From the NCBI GenBank assembly GCA_964016885.1, contig OZ024766.1:10354001-10418000 (forward strand): 64,000 bases of DNA, read 5' to 3'. The DNA is from Eledone cirrhosa (Eukaryota). Within the stretch, counting starts at the first letter, position 1, and each line of letters begins with the position of its first letter. The translations under genes and the position numbers were made by a program. The notes under the pieces were generated by a model, which was given only the letters and a program-made list of their open reading frames with translations, searched no databases and had not been told where the DNA came from. Below are positions 28,573 to 41,931 of the stretch, piece after piece.

Positions 28573-31500
28573 TGGATGTGCAGTGTAAATGTGCGTGAAC
28601 AACCCAGCATGAATATGCCAGGAAATGCCAGGAAATGCCAGGAAATGCCAGGAAATGTATGATGCTTGTGTGAGGAGCGCGATGCTGCATGATAGTGAGA
28701 CATGGGCAACAACTGCAGAGGATATGCGACGGCTGGAGAGAAATGAGGCAAGCATGCTCCGTTGGATGTGCAGTGTCAATGTGCGTGAACGACCCAGCAT
28801 AAATGTGTTGAGAGAGAAACTGTGTCTGAGAAGGATAGAATGTAGTGTACGGGAGAGGAGACTGAGGTGGTATGGACATGTGATGTGTTGAGAGAGAAAC
28901 TGTATCTGAGAGGGATAGAATGTAGTGTACGGGAGAGGAGACTGAGGTGGTATGGACATGTGATGTGTTGAGAGAGAAACTGTGTCTGAGAGGGATAGAA
29001 TGTAGTGTGCGAGAGAGGAGACTGAGGTGGTATGGACATGTGATGTGCTGAGAGAGAAACTGTGTCTGAGAGGGATAAAATGTAGTGTACGGGAGAGGAG
29101 ACTGAGGTGGTATGGACATGTGATGTGTTGAGAGAGAAACTGTGTCTGAGAGGGATAGAATGTAGTGTGCGAGAGAGGAGACTGAGGTGGTATGGACATG
29201 TGATGTGTTGAGAGAGAAACTGTGTCTGAGAGGGATAGAATGTAGTGTACGGGAGAGGAGACTGAGGTGGTATGGACATGTGATGTGTTGAGAGAGAAAC
29301 TGTGTCTGAGAGGGATAGAATGTAGTGTACGAGAGAGGAGACTGAGGTGGTATGGACATGTGATGTGTTGAGAGAGAAAGTGTGTCTGAGAGGGATAAAA
29401 TGTAGTGTGCGGGAGAGGAGACTGAGGTGGTATGGACATGTGATGTGTTGAGAGAGAAACTGTGTCTGAGAGGGATAGAATGTAGTGTGCGGGAGAGGAG
29501 ACTGAGGTGGTATGGACATGTGATGTGTTGAGAGAGAAACTGTGTCTGAGAGGGATAGAATGTAGTGTACGAGAGAGGAGACTGAGGTGGTATGGACATG
29601 TGATGTGTTGAGAGAGAAACTGTGTCTGAGGGGGATAGAATGTGGTGTGCGGGAGAGGAGACTGAGGTGGTATGGACATGTGATGTGTTGAGAGAGAAAC
29701 TGTGTCTGAGGGGGATAGAATGTGGTGTGCGGGAGAGGAGACTGAGGTGGTATGGACATGTGATGTGTTGAGAGAGAAAGTGTGTCTGAGAGGGATAGAA
29801 TGTAGTGTACGGGAGAGGAGACTGAGGTGGTATGGACATGTGATGTGTTGAGAGAGAAACTGTGTCTGAGGGGGATAGAATGTGGTGTGCGGGAGAGGAG
29901 ACTGAGGTGGTATGGACATGTGATGTGTTGAGAGAGAAAGTGTGTCTGAGAGGGATAAAATGTAGTGTGCGGGAGAGGAGACTGAGGTGGTATGGACATG
30001 TGATGTGTTGAGAGAGAAACTGTGTCTGAGAGGGATAAAATGTAGTGTATGGGAGAGGAGACTGAGGTGGTATGGACATGTGATGTGTTGAGAGAGAAAC
30101 TGTGTCTGAGAGGGATAGAATGTAGTGTACGGGAGAGGAGACTGAGGTGGTATGGACATGTGATGTGTTGAGAGAGAAACTGTGTCTGAGGGGGATAGAA
30201 TGTGGTGTGCGGGAGAGGAGACTGAGGTGGTATGGACATGTGATGTGTTGAGAGAGAAACTGTGTCTGAGAGGGATAGAATGTGGTGTACGGGAGAGGAG
30301 GCTGAGGTGGTATGGACATGTGATGTGTTGAGAGAGAAACTGTGTCTGAGAGGGATAGAATGTAGTGTGCGAGAGAGGAGACTGAGGTGGTATGGACATG
30401 TGATGTGTTGAGAGAGAAAGTGTGTCTGAGAGGGATAAAATGTAGTGTGCGGGAGAGGAGACTGAGGTGGTATGGACATGTGATGTGTTGAGAGAGAAAC
30501 TGTGTCTGAGAGGGATAAAATGTAGTGTGCGGGAGAGGAGACTGAGGTGGTATGGACATGTGATGTGTTGAGAGAGAAACTTTGTCTGAGAGGGATAGAA
30601 TGTAGTGTGCGAGAGAGGAGACTGAGGTGGTATGGACATGTGATGAGTTGAGAGAGAAACTGTGTCTGAGAGGGATAGAATGTAGTGTACGGGAGAGGAG
30701 ACTGAGATGGTATGGACATGTGATGTGTTGAGAGAGAAACTGTGTCTGAGAGGGATAGAATGTAGTGTGCGAGAGAGGAGACTGAGGTGGTATGGACATG
30801 TGATGTGTTGAGAGAGAAAGTGTGTCTGAGAGGGATAGAATGTAGTGTACGGGAGAGGAGACTGAGATGGTATGGACATGTGATGTGTTGAGAGAGAAAC
30901 TGTGTCTGAGAGGGATAGAATGTAGTGTGCGAGAGAGGAGACTGAGGTGGTATGGACATGTGATGTGTTGAGAGAGAAACTGTCTGAGAGGGATAGAATG
31001 TAGTGTACGGGAAAGGAGAGTGTGGTGGTATGGACATGTGATGTGTTGAGAGAGAAACTGTGTCTGAGGGGGATAGAATGTGGTGTGCGGGAGAGGAGAC
31101 TGAGGTGGTATGGACATGTGATGTGTTGAGAGAGAAACTGTGTCTGAGAGGGATAGAATGTAGTGTATGGGAGAGGAGACTGAGGTAGTATGGACATGTG
31201 ATGTGTTGAGAGAGAAACTGTGTCTGAGAGGGATAGAATGTAGTATGCGAGAGAGGAGACTGAGGTGGTATGGACATGTGATGTGTTGAGAGAGAAACTG
31301 TGTCTGAGAGGGATGGAATGTAGTGTACGGGAGAGGAGACTGAGGTGGTATAGACATGTGATGTGTTGAGAGAGAAACTGTGTCTGAGAGGGATAGAATG
31401 TAGTGTACGGGAGAGGAGACTGAGGTGGTATGGACATGTAATGCGCATGGAGGATGACCGATGGGTGAAGTAGTGCCAGGAAATGCCAGTTGAAGGAAGA

Positions 31501-31676
31501 CGTGGTAGAGGTAGACCAGGAAAAACATGGGCGGAGGTGGTGAGAACAGACCTCAGATCGTTGAAGCTCACGGTGGAGATGACGAAGGACCGTGATGAGT
31601 GGAGAGATGCCGTGCTGAATAAGACCCGTCCCACCCTTGCAAGCAGGGAAGAGCGGACGTAAAATGATGACGATGA
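28573..31676 (+). mobile_element. RTE 3' fragment (second subfamily) with internal 80-bp tandem expansion
   Basis: YDACVRSAMLHDSETW...RWYGHV before the array; MRMEDD...GRGRPGKTW...(GAT) tail after it. Confidence 0.9.
28803..31440 (+). repeat. 80-bp tandem array, ~33 copies, derived from RTE coding sequence
   Basis: Exact 80-bp period; the unit corresponds to VLREKLCLRGIECSVRERRLRWYGHVM. Confidence 0.96.
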
Positions 31677-31739
31677 TATATATATATATATATATTTATG
31701 TGTGTATATATATATATGTATATTTACTGTCTCTTATGA

Positions 31740-31838
31740 TTGTTTCTACGTTAGGCACAAGGCCAGCAATAACCCAGTGTATAACTGGTATTTTATTATA
31801 TCGACCCCGTAAGGATGAAAGGCAAAGTTAACCTCGCC
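31740..31838 (-). mobile_element. Partial SINE family A
   Basis: Meta-type core and tail only. Confidence 0.75.
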
Positions 31839-31904
31839 TTTCATTTGCTGTCTCTTATAATATCCGGCTGGCCTAGATTATATAAAGCTTGATCACCCCA
31901 TAGG

Positions 31905-32870
31905 GTGTCTGTGTGTGTATGTGTGAGTGTGTATCTGTATGTGAGTGTGTGTCTGTGTCTGTGTGTGTGTGCCTGTGTGTTTGAGTGTGTATATGTGAGT
32001 GTGTGTATGTGTGAGTATGTATGTGTGTGTATGTGTCTGAATGTACGTATGTGTGTATATGTGAGTGTGTATGTGTGAGTGTATGTGAATGTGTACGTAT
32101 GTGAGTGTGCGTATGTGTCTGTGTGTATGTGTGAGTGTCTGTGTATGCATGCATTTGTGTGTGTGTGTGTGTCTGAGTGTGTATATGTGAGTGTGTGTAT
32201 GTGTGAGTATGTATGTGTGTGTATGTGTCTGAATGTACGTATGTGTGTATATGTGAGTGTGTATATGTGTGAGTGTATGTGAATGTGTGAGTGTGTACGT
32301 ATGTGAGTGTGCGTATGTGTCTGTGTGTATGTGTGAGTGTCTGTATGTATGTATGTGTGAGTGTGTGTGTGAGTATGTGTGTGAGTGTGTATATGTATAT
32401 GGGTGGGGTCTGTGTATATGCATGCATTTGTGTGTGTGTGTGTGTATGTATGTGTATGTTTCTGTGTGTGTATGTGTGAGTATGTATGTGTGTATGTGTC
32501 AGAATGTACGTATGTGTGTATATGTGAGTGTGTATGTGTGAGTGTATGTGAATGTGTGAGTGTGTACGTATGTGAGTGTGCGTATGTGTCTGTGTGTATG
32601 TGTGAGTGTCTGTATGTATGTATGTATGTGTGAGTATGTGTGTGTTTGTGTATGAGTTTGTGTATGTGTGAGTATGTGTTTGTGTCTGTGTGTGAGTGTA
32701 TATATGTGTGGGTGGGGTCTGTGTGTATGCATGCATTTGTGTGTGTGTGTGTGTAAGTCTGTGTGTGAATGTGTATGTATGTGTATGTTTCTGTGTATGT
32801 GTGAGTGTATGAATGTGTATGTTTCAGTGTGTGTGTGCGTGTATGTATGTATATATGTATGTATGTGTAT
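31905..32870. repeat. Complex (GT/GTAT/GAGT)n microsatellite with internal block duplications
   Basis: Directly visible. Confidence 0.9.
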
Positions 32871-33016
32871 TTAGGGGTCTTATATGCAGTATGTGTTGAA
32901 ATAAAAAGCACAAGGCCATATTAGGAAGACATGTCAGATAAATTAGGGCAAGCCTGACACTAACACAGAATTACATCCAGTCAGACCACAGCAGATTTTG
33001 GGCCACTGCCACTCTC

Positions 33017-34932
33017 AGAGTAATGTGAGGTATTATGTGAGGTAAAGCCTTTACTGTGAAAATACAATAGTAAATATAGAGTAATGTAAATGCTATGTGA
33101 GATATTATGTGAGGTAAAGCCTTTACTGTGAAAATACAATAGTAAATATAGAGTAATGTAAATGCTATGTGAGATATTATGTGAGGTAAAGCCTTTACTG
33201 TGAAAATACAATAGTGTATATAGAGTAATGTAAATGTTATGTGAGATATTATGTAAGGTAAAGACTTTACTGTGAAAATACAATAGTATATATAGAGTAA
33301 TGTAAATGTTATGTGAGGTAAAGCCTTTACTGTGAAAATACAATAGTATATATATAGAGTAATGTAAATGTTATGTGAGGTATTATGTGAGGTAAAGCCT
33401 TTACTGTGAAAATACAATAGTATATATAGAGTAATGTAAATGTTATGTGAGATATTATGTGAGGTAAAGCCTTTACTGTGAAAATACAATAGTGTATATA
33501 GAGTAATGTAAATGTTATGTGAGATATTATGTGAGGTAAAGCCTTTACTGTGAAAATACAATAGTATATATAGAGTAATGTAAATGTTATGTGAGATATT
33601 ATGTGAGGTAAAGCCTTTACTGTGAAAATACAATAGTGTATATAGAGTAATGTAAATGTTATGTGAGATATTATGTGAGGTAAAGCCTTTACTGTGAAAA
33701 TACAATAGTGTATATAGAGTAATGTAAATGTTATGTGAGATATTATGTGAGGTAAAGCCTTTACTGTGAAAATACAATAGTGTATATAGAGTAATGTAAG
33801 TGTTATGTGAGATATTATGTGAGGTAAAGCCTTTACTGTGAAAATACAATAGTGTATATAGAGTAATGTAAATGTTATGTGAGATATTATGTGAGGTAAA
33901 GCCTTTACTGTGAAAATACAATAGTATATATAGAGTAATGTAAATGTTATGTGAGATATTATGTGAGGTAAAGCCTTTACTGTGAAAATACAATAGTGTA
34001 TATAGAGTAATGTAAATGTTATGTGAGATATTATGTGAGGTAAAGCCTTTACTGTGAAAATACAATAGTATATATAGAGTAATGTAAATGTTATGTGAGA
34101 TATTATGTGAGGTAAAGCCTTTACTGTGAAAATACAATAGTATATATAGAGTAATGTAAATGTTATGTGAGATATTATGTGAGGTAAAGCCTTTATTGTG
34201 AAAATACAATAGTGTATATAGAGTAATGTAAATGTTATGTGAGATATTATGTGAGGTAAAGCCTTTACTGTGAAAATACAATAGTGTATATAGAGTAATG
34301 TAAATGTTATGTGAGATATTATGTGAGGTAAAGCCTTTACTGTGAAAATACAATAGTGTATATAGAGTAATGTAAATGTTATGTGAGATATTATGTGAGG
34401 TAAAGCCTTTACTGTGAAAATACAATAGTATATATAGAGTAATGTAAATGTTATGTGAGATATTATGTGAGGTAAAGCCTTTACTGTGAAAATACAATAG
34501 TGTATATAGAGTAATGTAAATGTTATGTGAGATATTATGTGAGGTAAAGCCTTTACTGTGAAAATACAATAGTATATATAGAGTAATGTAAATGTTATGT
34601 GAGATATTGTGTGAGGTAAAGCCTTTATTGTGAAAATACAATAGTATATATAGAGTAATGTAAATGTTATGTGAGGTATTATGTAAGGTAAAGCCTTTAC
34701 TGTGAAAATACAATAGTATATATAGAGTAATGTAAATGTTATGTGAGGTATTATGTGAGGTAAAGCCTTTACTGTGAAAATACAATAGTATATATAGTGT
34801 AATATAAATGTTATGTGAGGTATTATGTGTGGTAAAGCCTTTACTGTGAAAATACAATAGTATATATAGAGTAATATAAATGTTATGTGAGGTAAAGCCT
34901 TTACTGTGAAAATACAATAGTATATATAGAGT
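33017..34932 (-). repeat. 72-bp satellite array (~27 units)
   Basis: Unit cacataatatctcacataacatttacattactctatatatactattgtattttcacagtaaaggctttacct; 24-aa periodicity in the ORF track. Confidence 0.96.
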
Positions 34933-35169
34933 GGTTTCTTTATTTGCCACTAGGGCACAAAAGGTAGGGACAGATACAAGGGGGGAAGTTTACATATAAT
35001 TAACGAGTACAAAGATATAACAATGAAATAACAACAACAAACGAAGTCCTCAATAGGGAGGGGGCATTAACATGGGTCGCACACACCCCGGAAAAAATGT
35101 GCAACCCTTCTCCTCAGGAGCACAAAGAGTAGGTGCTTCCCTCGTCTCCTCTTTTTCCTCTTCTTTCAC

Positions 35170-38100
35170 CTACAGGCTGATATAGAGAGAAGAGCCATTC
35201 ACTCTGGCCATTCTCCCTACTTTCACCCACCTTTCATAAAACTTGCTGGGGTAGAGCACCTCTCTCTCCATTCTGATCCTTCATTTAAAATGGTATTTGA
35301 AAAAGAGGACCAGTTGTTGGCCGGAGAGAAAGGTGTCTGACTTCAGCCCTTTCAGCCTCGTCCACCATACAACTTCTTTAGCCATGGCTATCACACAGAG
35401 AAAAACCACCTCTCCTTCGTTTTTGAAAGGGGGAGGCGGTTTGATCGTGACAATGGACTCGGTGGTCAACCAGATTGGTCCCACCCTCGACAGTAGTCGT
35501 TCCACATAGCCCCACAGGTCAGCAATGCCTGGGCAGTGTACGAATGCGTGCGCAACGGTTTCGTCATCATGCACGCATCTCGGACAGATCTTATTCAAAG
35601 GATCTCTACCCAGGCTCCCATGCCTGTGGAGCTTGTCTCGAACGGGTAGAGCCCCTCGGTAGCACTGCCAAGCCAGGGACTTTTGGAAGTTGTCCATCGG
35701 TCCAGGGCCAAACGTCCTACCGAACAGACTGGCCAGTTCATCTTCCTCCATGCCTAGAGCTTCTCCGAGAGCATCGTCGCACCTGCTGCGTACCAACCCT
35801 CTATAGAATGTCGAGGTGGAGTCTCCACTGATTGCCGGGTCCGCTTTCCAGAGGGCCGTGAGCGCCTGGGCACATTCAATGTGCCAGTCGCCCACTTTTC
35901 TCGGTCTTTGCTTGACCCAGGATTGCAGCTCGGTGAGCGCGACGAGTCTGGGAAAGGCTCGCCTCACAAACGGGGCCCACACCGGTTGACCGGTGAGGAA
36001 TACCTGGAGGTGCCGTAGCCTTAATGCGTGTTTACGCATCTGTAGCCACGGCATCCCCAGCCCTCCTTTCGAAGGGTGTTGACAGCAGATGGATCTCCTC
36101 ACCAAAGGGGTCCGCTTGTTCCAAAGAAATTGGAACAGCGCGCACTCCATTTTGGCGAGTCTTTTCACTGGGCAAGGCACGACGGTCAAGCGGTAGTAGA
36201 TGACGGATGCTATATAAGTATTCGCCACCTCCGCTCGACCTTTCAGGGATAGTTTGCACTGGGCCCACTTCTGGGTGAGTCCAAACACCCTGGCCGTTAC
36301 CTCGTTCCAGTTTTTCTCCACCTGGAGGTCTGGTCCAAACCAGACCCCAAGCAGCTTCACCGGGCCCTCCGTCCAGCGTCCGACGACGTCGTTGGAGGGC
36401 ATCGGTTTGCCTCTCCATGTTCCGAGTTGCAAACCGACGGACTTGTCCCGGTTCAGCTTGGCTCCTGTAAACCTTTCATATTCCTCCAGTAAGGTGCCGA
36501 TCTCACTGATTTGCGAAGTTTTCGACACCATTACTGTCACGTCATCGGCGTAGGCCGACGCCGCTTTCTGCAATCCCGGTTCCAAAGGGATGCCCTGCAA
36601 CCGCTCCAACTTCCGCAGTAGTGGCTCAAGAGCCAGCACATACAGTAGGGAGGAGAGAGGGCATCCCTGTCGGATGGATCGCATGATTTGGAACGGCTCC
36701 GAGAGGTGGCCGTTCACCTTGACCCTTGAGCAGACGTTGCTGCTGTGCATCGCAGCAATCCAACCCCTGAAAACGGGTCCGAAGCCTGCCGCCGCGAGCA
36801 CCGCATCCAGGTAACGATGGTCAACCCTATCGAAAGCTTTAGATTGATCCAAGTTGATCAGGGCCCCACCAAAGCCGGGTTCATTCCCTACCCTCTCTAT
36901 GATGTATCGCATCAGGTGGAGATTGTCGTGAATGGACCTGGACGGGATTGCGCATGTCTGCGCTTCTCCCACCAGGTTTCCAACGACAAGCGCCAACCTC
37001 TTCGCTAACACCTTGGCCAAAATCTTTAACTCTGTATTTAGCAGAGTTATGGGCCTGAAGTTACTTATGTCATCCCCCTTGTTCTCATCCTTCCTCACCA
37101 GCGTAACTACGCCCTTGGTCACAGAACTGGGAATTCTCCCGTTCTGCTGCCAGTTGCAGTAGACCGCTTCGAGGATATCGGAGAACAAGTCCGGCATCGC
37201 TACATATAGCTCGTATGGTAGACCATCGAGACCCGGGGATTTGCGTTTGCCGCATTGGCTCAGCGCCGCCCCTATCTCAGCAGCTGAAATCATCCTTTCG
37301 CAGGACTTCGCGTCCGAGAGGCGCGGCAGACCGTCGAGGTATGGATTGAAATCCATAGTCTCACCCGGCGCGCCGCCCCTCTCGAACAGTCGTGCAAAGT
37401 GCCGCTGAAAGGCCGCACACATCTGCCCAGGTTCAAGGATCACACGCCCATCCTGGTCCTTCAAAGACCGAATCGTGGACTTGTTCCCACTTTTTGCCTC
37501 TGTCACTCGGGCCCAGCTCACAGCTTTGGCTCCCTCATTACCCAGAGCACGTATTTTACTTCTGACAACGCAGCCTTCATGCTTCACCTCAAAGAACTGG
37601 TCTAAGGCCATTCTTGATGCCAGCACGCCGGCTACATTGCCACTCCTAATCGCCTCTTCTACTCTATCTACTAATTCCCTTTCCGTCTTGTTCCTATCCC
37701 TTGCTAATTCCTGACTAAAACCTATCGATTCTATTCTAATTGCTCTCTTAAGAGAGCTCCACCACCTGTTGTTGACAATTGCCCCTGTCAAACTCTGCTT
37801 AACTAACGTGCTAATCCGTTTACTGTAAGCTTTGCTTCTCGGTAAGGACAAGTTCAGCTTCCAGTAACCGGGTCCCTGTCTATGGGTTCTATCAAGGTTG
37901 GCTATGCAGGTCACTAACTTGTGATCCGAATAGTCAACCATGAACATTTTTGGACAGCTAAATGTGTCCCTATCGTTCTCTCTAACTAGGACCCTATCTA
38001 GGTACGACCTAGATGTTCCACTGCGATTGGTCCACGTCCATAGTGGTACAGTCGGAAAATCTAGTCGATATCTATCGGCCAGGTCAAATCGGCCGATTAA

Positions 38101-38601
38101 CCTTTTGAGGCTTTTACACCCCCCTCTATTGGCACATGCCCCTACATAGTCCCAACGTGCATCCAGGATACCATTCCAGTCCCCCACTAAAAGCAAGGAG
38201 CGGGACGTTCCCAGAAAAGTTTCCAGACGTTGGAAGTATTCCGGCCGCGCTGCCCAAAAAGGGGCGTACACAGCTATTAGTCTAAGGGCTCCACTTTCAC
38301 TACTGCCGACGTCTAAAACCACCAGTCGACCCTCCGGGTCCAGGTGCACCTTCTGTATGGCGAGGCCCAGGTGTTTTCGCAGCAGAACGACAACTCCACC
38401 CCCACCCCCCGGTTGACAGAGAGATGCGAAGATCTCAAAGTCGTCGAAGAGGGGCGCCAGTTGGTGCTCGCTGCTGATCCTGGACTCGCAAATAGCCATT
38501 ACATCCATTCTATGCGACCTGAGATCGTTTAAAAGTTTGCCTTGTTTCCAAGACAGTCCCAGGCCGCGTACATTCAGACACCCAACTCTTATATCAGCCA
38601 T
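35170..38601 (-). CDS. L1/Tx1 ORF2 (APE + RT + CCHC finger) with one in-frame TGA at 35281-35283
   Basis: CLNVRG, GDWN, YLDRVL, SDH, YWKLN, SPGLDG, RPITLLN, LDQSKAFDRV, RQGCPLS, YADD, CPRC..ETVAHAFVHC; frame continues 36 codons beyond the TGA. Confidence 0.9.
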
Positions 38602-38622
38602 GTTGGTTAAAAGAGGAAGGAC

Positions 38623-39372
38623 CTACCTGTTCGGCTCCTGAGGAGCAGGTTGCACAATATCCATGGGCGTATTGGAGGGGTTGTTTGGTGGGGTGTTGTT
38701 CTGTGGTGGAGTGGGGGTGTTTGGTGAGGTGTGGGTGGGGAAACGTTTCAAGAGGACGCGGTTATAGGGTCGAGTACATGTTTTCCCCACGTCCTCAGGA
38801 AAGTTCTCTCTTAGTTTTGCATAGGTGTCCATTGGGAGTCTTATCATTTTTAAATGCCGTTTGTTGGCCGCGCTTGCAAAGAATTGCCCTTCAGTTTCCA
38901 CCGAAGGGTCTTTGTGTATTGTTTTTACTAGTTCTTTGTTATTTGTGTTAATGTATGTATACTGTTTTATTTGTGTTGTGTTTGTTTGTTGTTCTTGTGT
39001 GTGCTTACGTTTTGTTGTATGTGTTATGTTTTGGGGTGGGGCGGATTTTGTTTGTTCTGTTTGTTTTGTTTTTGTTGGTGGTTGTGTGTTTGTTTCGTTT
39101 ATGTTCGAGTGGTGCTTTCTTTTTTTCCTTTTTACAGGTTGGAAGGGTTCCCCCTCTTCGTCACTAGGTGCCGTTTCAGCTGGGTCCTCGTCCGTGCTGT
39201 CGGGTAGTGGTGTATTTTGGGGTTTTGTTGTATTTGTGTGTGTTTTGGGAGTTGTTTTGGGTGGGGCCGTGTCTTGTGTTATTTTTCCGTGTTGTTTTTG
39301 TTGTTGTTGTGGTGGTGGTGGTGGCGGTGGTGGTGTGTGGGGTGTAGGCAAAAGAGCCTTTTTTTTTGTCAA
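38623..39372 (-). CDS. C-terminal remnant of Tx1-type ORF1 (low complexity)
   Basis: Open frame immediately upstream of ORF2; Pro/Thr/Gln-rich with basic KRKKRK; cut by a TA tract. Confidence 0.6.
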   Translation of the reverse strand: MTKKKALLPTPHTPPPPPPPPQQQQKQHGKITQDTAPPKTTPKTHTNTTKPQNTPLPDSTDEDPAETAPSDEEGEPFQPVKRKKRKHHSNINETNTQPPTKTKQTEQTKSAPPQNITHTTKRKHTQEQQTNTTQIKQYTYINTNNKELVKTIHKDPSVETEGQFFASAANKRHLKMIRLPMDTYAKLRENFPEDVGKTCTRPYNRVLLKRFPTHTSPNTPTPPQNNTPPNNPSNTPMDIVQPAPQEPNR

Positions 39373-39477
39373 TTATATATATATATATATATATATAGAT
39401 AGATATATATACATACATATATATATACATATATATACATACATATATATATATATACACACACACATACATATATA

Positions 39478-40205
39478 TCATCATAATCATCATCATCATC
39501 ACCGTTTTACGTCCGTTCTTCCACGCTAGCATGGGTTAGACGGGTTGTCCTGTTGTGTGCAGTGTCTGGTCGGCTGACCATGCCTTGCTCATACAGGAAC
39601 TGATCTGGCTTGATTTCTACAGCTGGATGCCCTTCCTAACACCAACCTCATTTACAGTGAGGGCTGGGTGCTTTTTCGTGGCACCTACACGTCCACTTTA
39701 CAGTGTGGGCTGGGTGCTTTTTTGCCATGGCACCTCCTCGACCACCTTGCGGTGGGGGGTGTGGGGGTATATTGTTTATATGCTTCAGCATGTACCCATG
39801 GGAGGTCGGGTACTCTGTATTACTGCGTGACGCCAGAAGTCACGGTCGTGTGTCATTGTCTTTGAGAGGTGTAATTGGGTAAGGTCGGCTTTTATCACCT
39901 CATCCCAGGTCATCTTTGGTCTCCCCACTCCGTGGTTGCCATCAACTTCTAGTGCTCTGCACCTTTTTATGCAGCTGTCATCCTTCATACGCATCACATG
40001 TCCATACCAGCGTAACCGCCTCTCCTGCACGCAGCATTTGATTCCTCTTATGCTCAGTCTCTCTCTCAATTCCTTTATGCTTTGTCGTTCACGTATATTA
40101 CTGTTACACATCCATCGGAGCATGCAGGCTTCGTTTCTCTCTAATCTCCGTAAGTCTTCCACCTTCAGCGCCCAGGTCTCACTACCATGCAACACCGCTG
40201 TTCGG

Positions 40206-40207
<2 letters not shown>
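39478..40207 (-). mobile_element. RTE 3' fragment
   Basis: Homologous to 4733-5458; TA flanks. Confidence 0.93.
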
Positions 40208-40282
<75 letters not shown>

Positions 40283-40292
40283 CATATATATA

Positions 40293-40337
<45 letters not shown>

Positions 40338-40426
40338 GCAGAGGTTATACACCAGGAAGCTCCAACCGTTAAGGTTGTCTTTTTTCAGGGTATGTCAATA
40401 GTTATTTATAAAACTAATCTGTATTG

Positions 40427-40492
40427 TATTTTATCTGATGAAAGCGCACCACAATTTACCTTGGTGGCCCTTGAAATATGTATAATAAAATA
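40427..40492 (+). ncRNA. Type I hammerhead ribozyme, intact core
   Basis: tattttat|CTGATGA|aag..cacca-loop-tggtg..ctt|GAAA|TATGTA|TA|ataaaata. Confidence 0.82.
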
Positions 40493-40721
40493 AATATGGT
40501 TTTATAAATATAGTTTCCATTTATTAATATATTGTATATATATATATATATATATTAGTAAAAGGAAAAGAAATTGCTGACAAATTTTTCCCAGTGAAAA
40601 ATAGTTTAATTAGGAATAAGTAAAAATTAGTAATAAGTATTGGTTAGTATTCAATTTTAGTTTTAAGTTTTTACCGGTTGCGCATTTCTAATGCTTTTCA
40701 AAAATAATTTTGAGATAGAGC

Positions 40722-41535
40722 GCTCGAGGTAAGATTGGTTGTATAGGACTGTCTGGCAGGTTTTCTACGGCTGGATGCCCTTCCTAACACCAACCACGTT
40801 TACAGTGTGGACTGGGAGGTTTTTACCGTGTTACCTACACGGCCACATTACAGCGTGAACTGTGTGTTTTTTTGTTGTGACACCTACACGTCTGGCGGGT
40901 TTTCTACGGCTGGGTGCCCTTCCCAACACCAACCACGTTAACAGTGTGGACTGGGAGGTTTTTACAGTGTTACCTACATGGCCACATTACAGCGTGGACT
41001 GTGTGTTTTTTTGTCGTGACACCTACACGTCTGGCGGGTTTTCTACGGCTGGGTGCCCTTCTCAACACCAACCACGTTTATAGTGTGGACTGGGAGGTTT
41101 TTACCGTGTTACCTACACGGCCACATTACAGCGTGGACTGTGTGTTTTTTTGTCGTGACACCTACACGTCTGGCAGGGTTTTCTACGGCTGGATGCCCTT
41201 CCTAACACCAACCACATTAACAGTGTGGACTGGGAGGTTTTTACCGTGTTACCTACACGGCCACATTACAGCGTGGACTGTGTGTTTTTTGTCGTGACAC
41301 CTACACGACCTCATTTGTTTTGGACTGGATGTTGTGGTACCAACATAACTTCACATTGAAAGGGGTGGGGGTAGTGGGACGGGGGTGTATTTTTGTTAGA
41401 GGTGCCTACTGACTGTAGTAGGTTTCACTTTGTACTTAGGCAAGGCGGGTCTTCTGTATTACTGTGTAGCGCCAAAGATCTTGGTCCAGTGACATTGTCT
41501 TGGAGAGGTGTAAGTGTGTGAGGTCGGAATTTATC

Positions 41536-41540
<5 letters not shown>
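40722..41540 (-). mobile_element. RTE-related 3' end (third subfamily) with ~4 x 139-bp tandem duplication
   Basis: gtctggc...ttttctacggctgg recurs at 40751, 40890, 41029, 41168; single-unit version at 51011-51456. Confidence 0.8.
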
Positions 41541-41589
<49 letters not shown>

Positions 41590-41796
41590 CAGGAAAGTAG
41601 AGTGACACGGTTTGCTATACAAAAAAGGTTTTTAATCTCATTGCTGACAATTGTTTCTCTGAACTGGTAGGTCTAGAGATCACACACCCACAACATCACT
41701 ATGGAAACGTGTTGAGTCAAACTTAGCCAAGCGTTGATATCATCCACTACCCGGAGTACTATAACTGAACTACCTATAACAATAATCTGTTACCCC

Positions 41797-41847
<51 letters not shown>

Positions 41848-41931
41848 AAAAATAATAATAATAATGAAATTATTGTGTACAGTGCGCAGGTGCACTACAA
41901 CTCGTCAAAGGTGTATGTATAGTACATAGAA

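Larger units (their letters stand above)
34933..39372 (-). mobile_element. L1/Tx1-clade LINE, 5'-truncated within ORF1
   Basis: ORF1 remnant, ORF2, 3' UTR with AATAAA at ~34938-34943. Confidence 0.9.

Noticed and set aside
28517-31634. Three ~1000-aa ORFs on the minus strand
   Set aside because: Antisense readings of the 80-bp RTE-derived array, open in all three frames
32971-34950. 659-aa repeat ORF
   Set aside because: Translation of the 72-bp satellite, whose unit derives from a non-coding MITE end
35297-38532. Plus-strand ORFs overlapping the Tx1 and RTE ORFs (also 5165-7714)
   Set aside because: Antisense shadows of LINE coding sequence with no recognisable motifs
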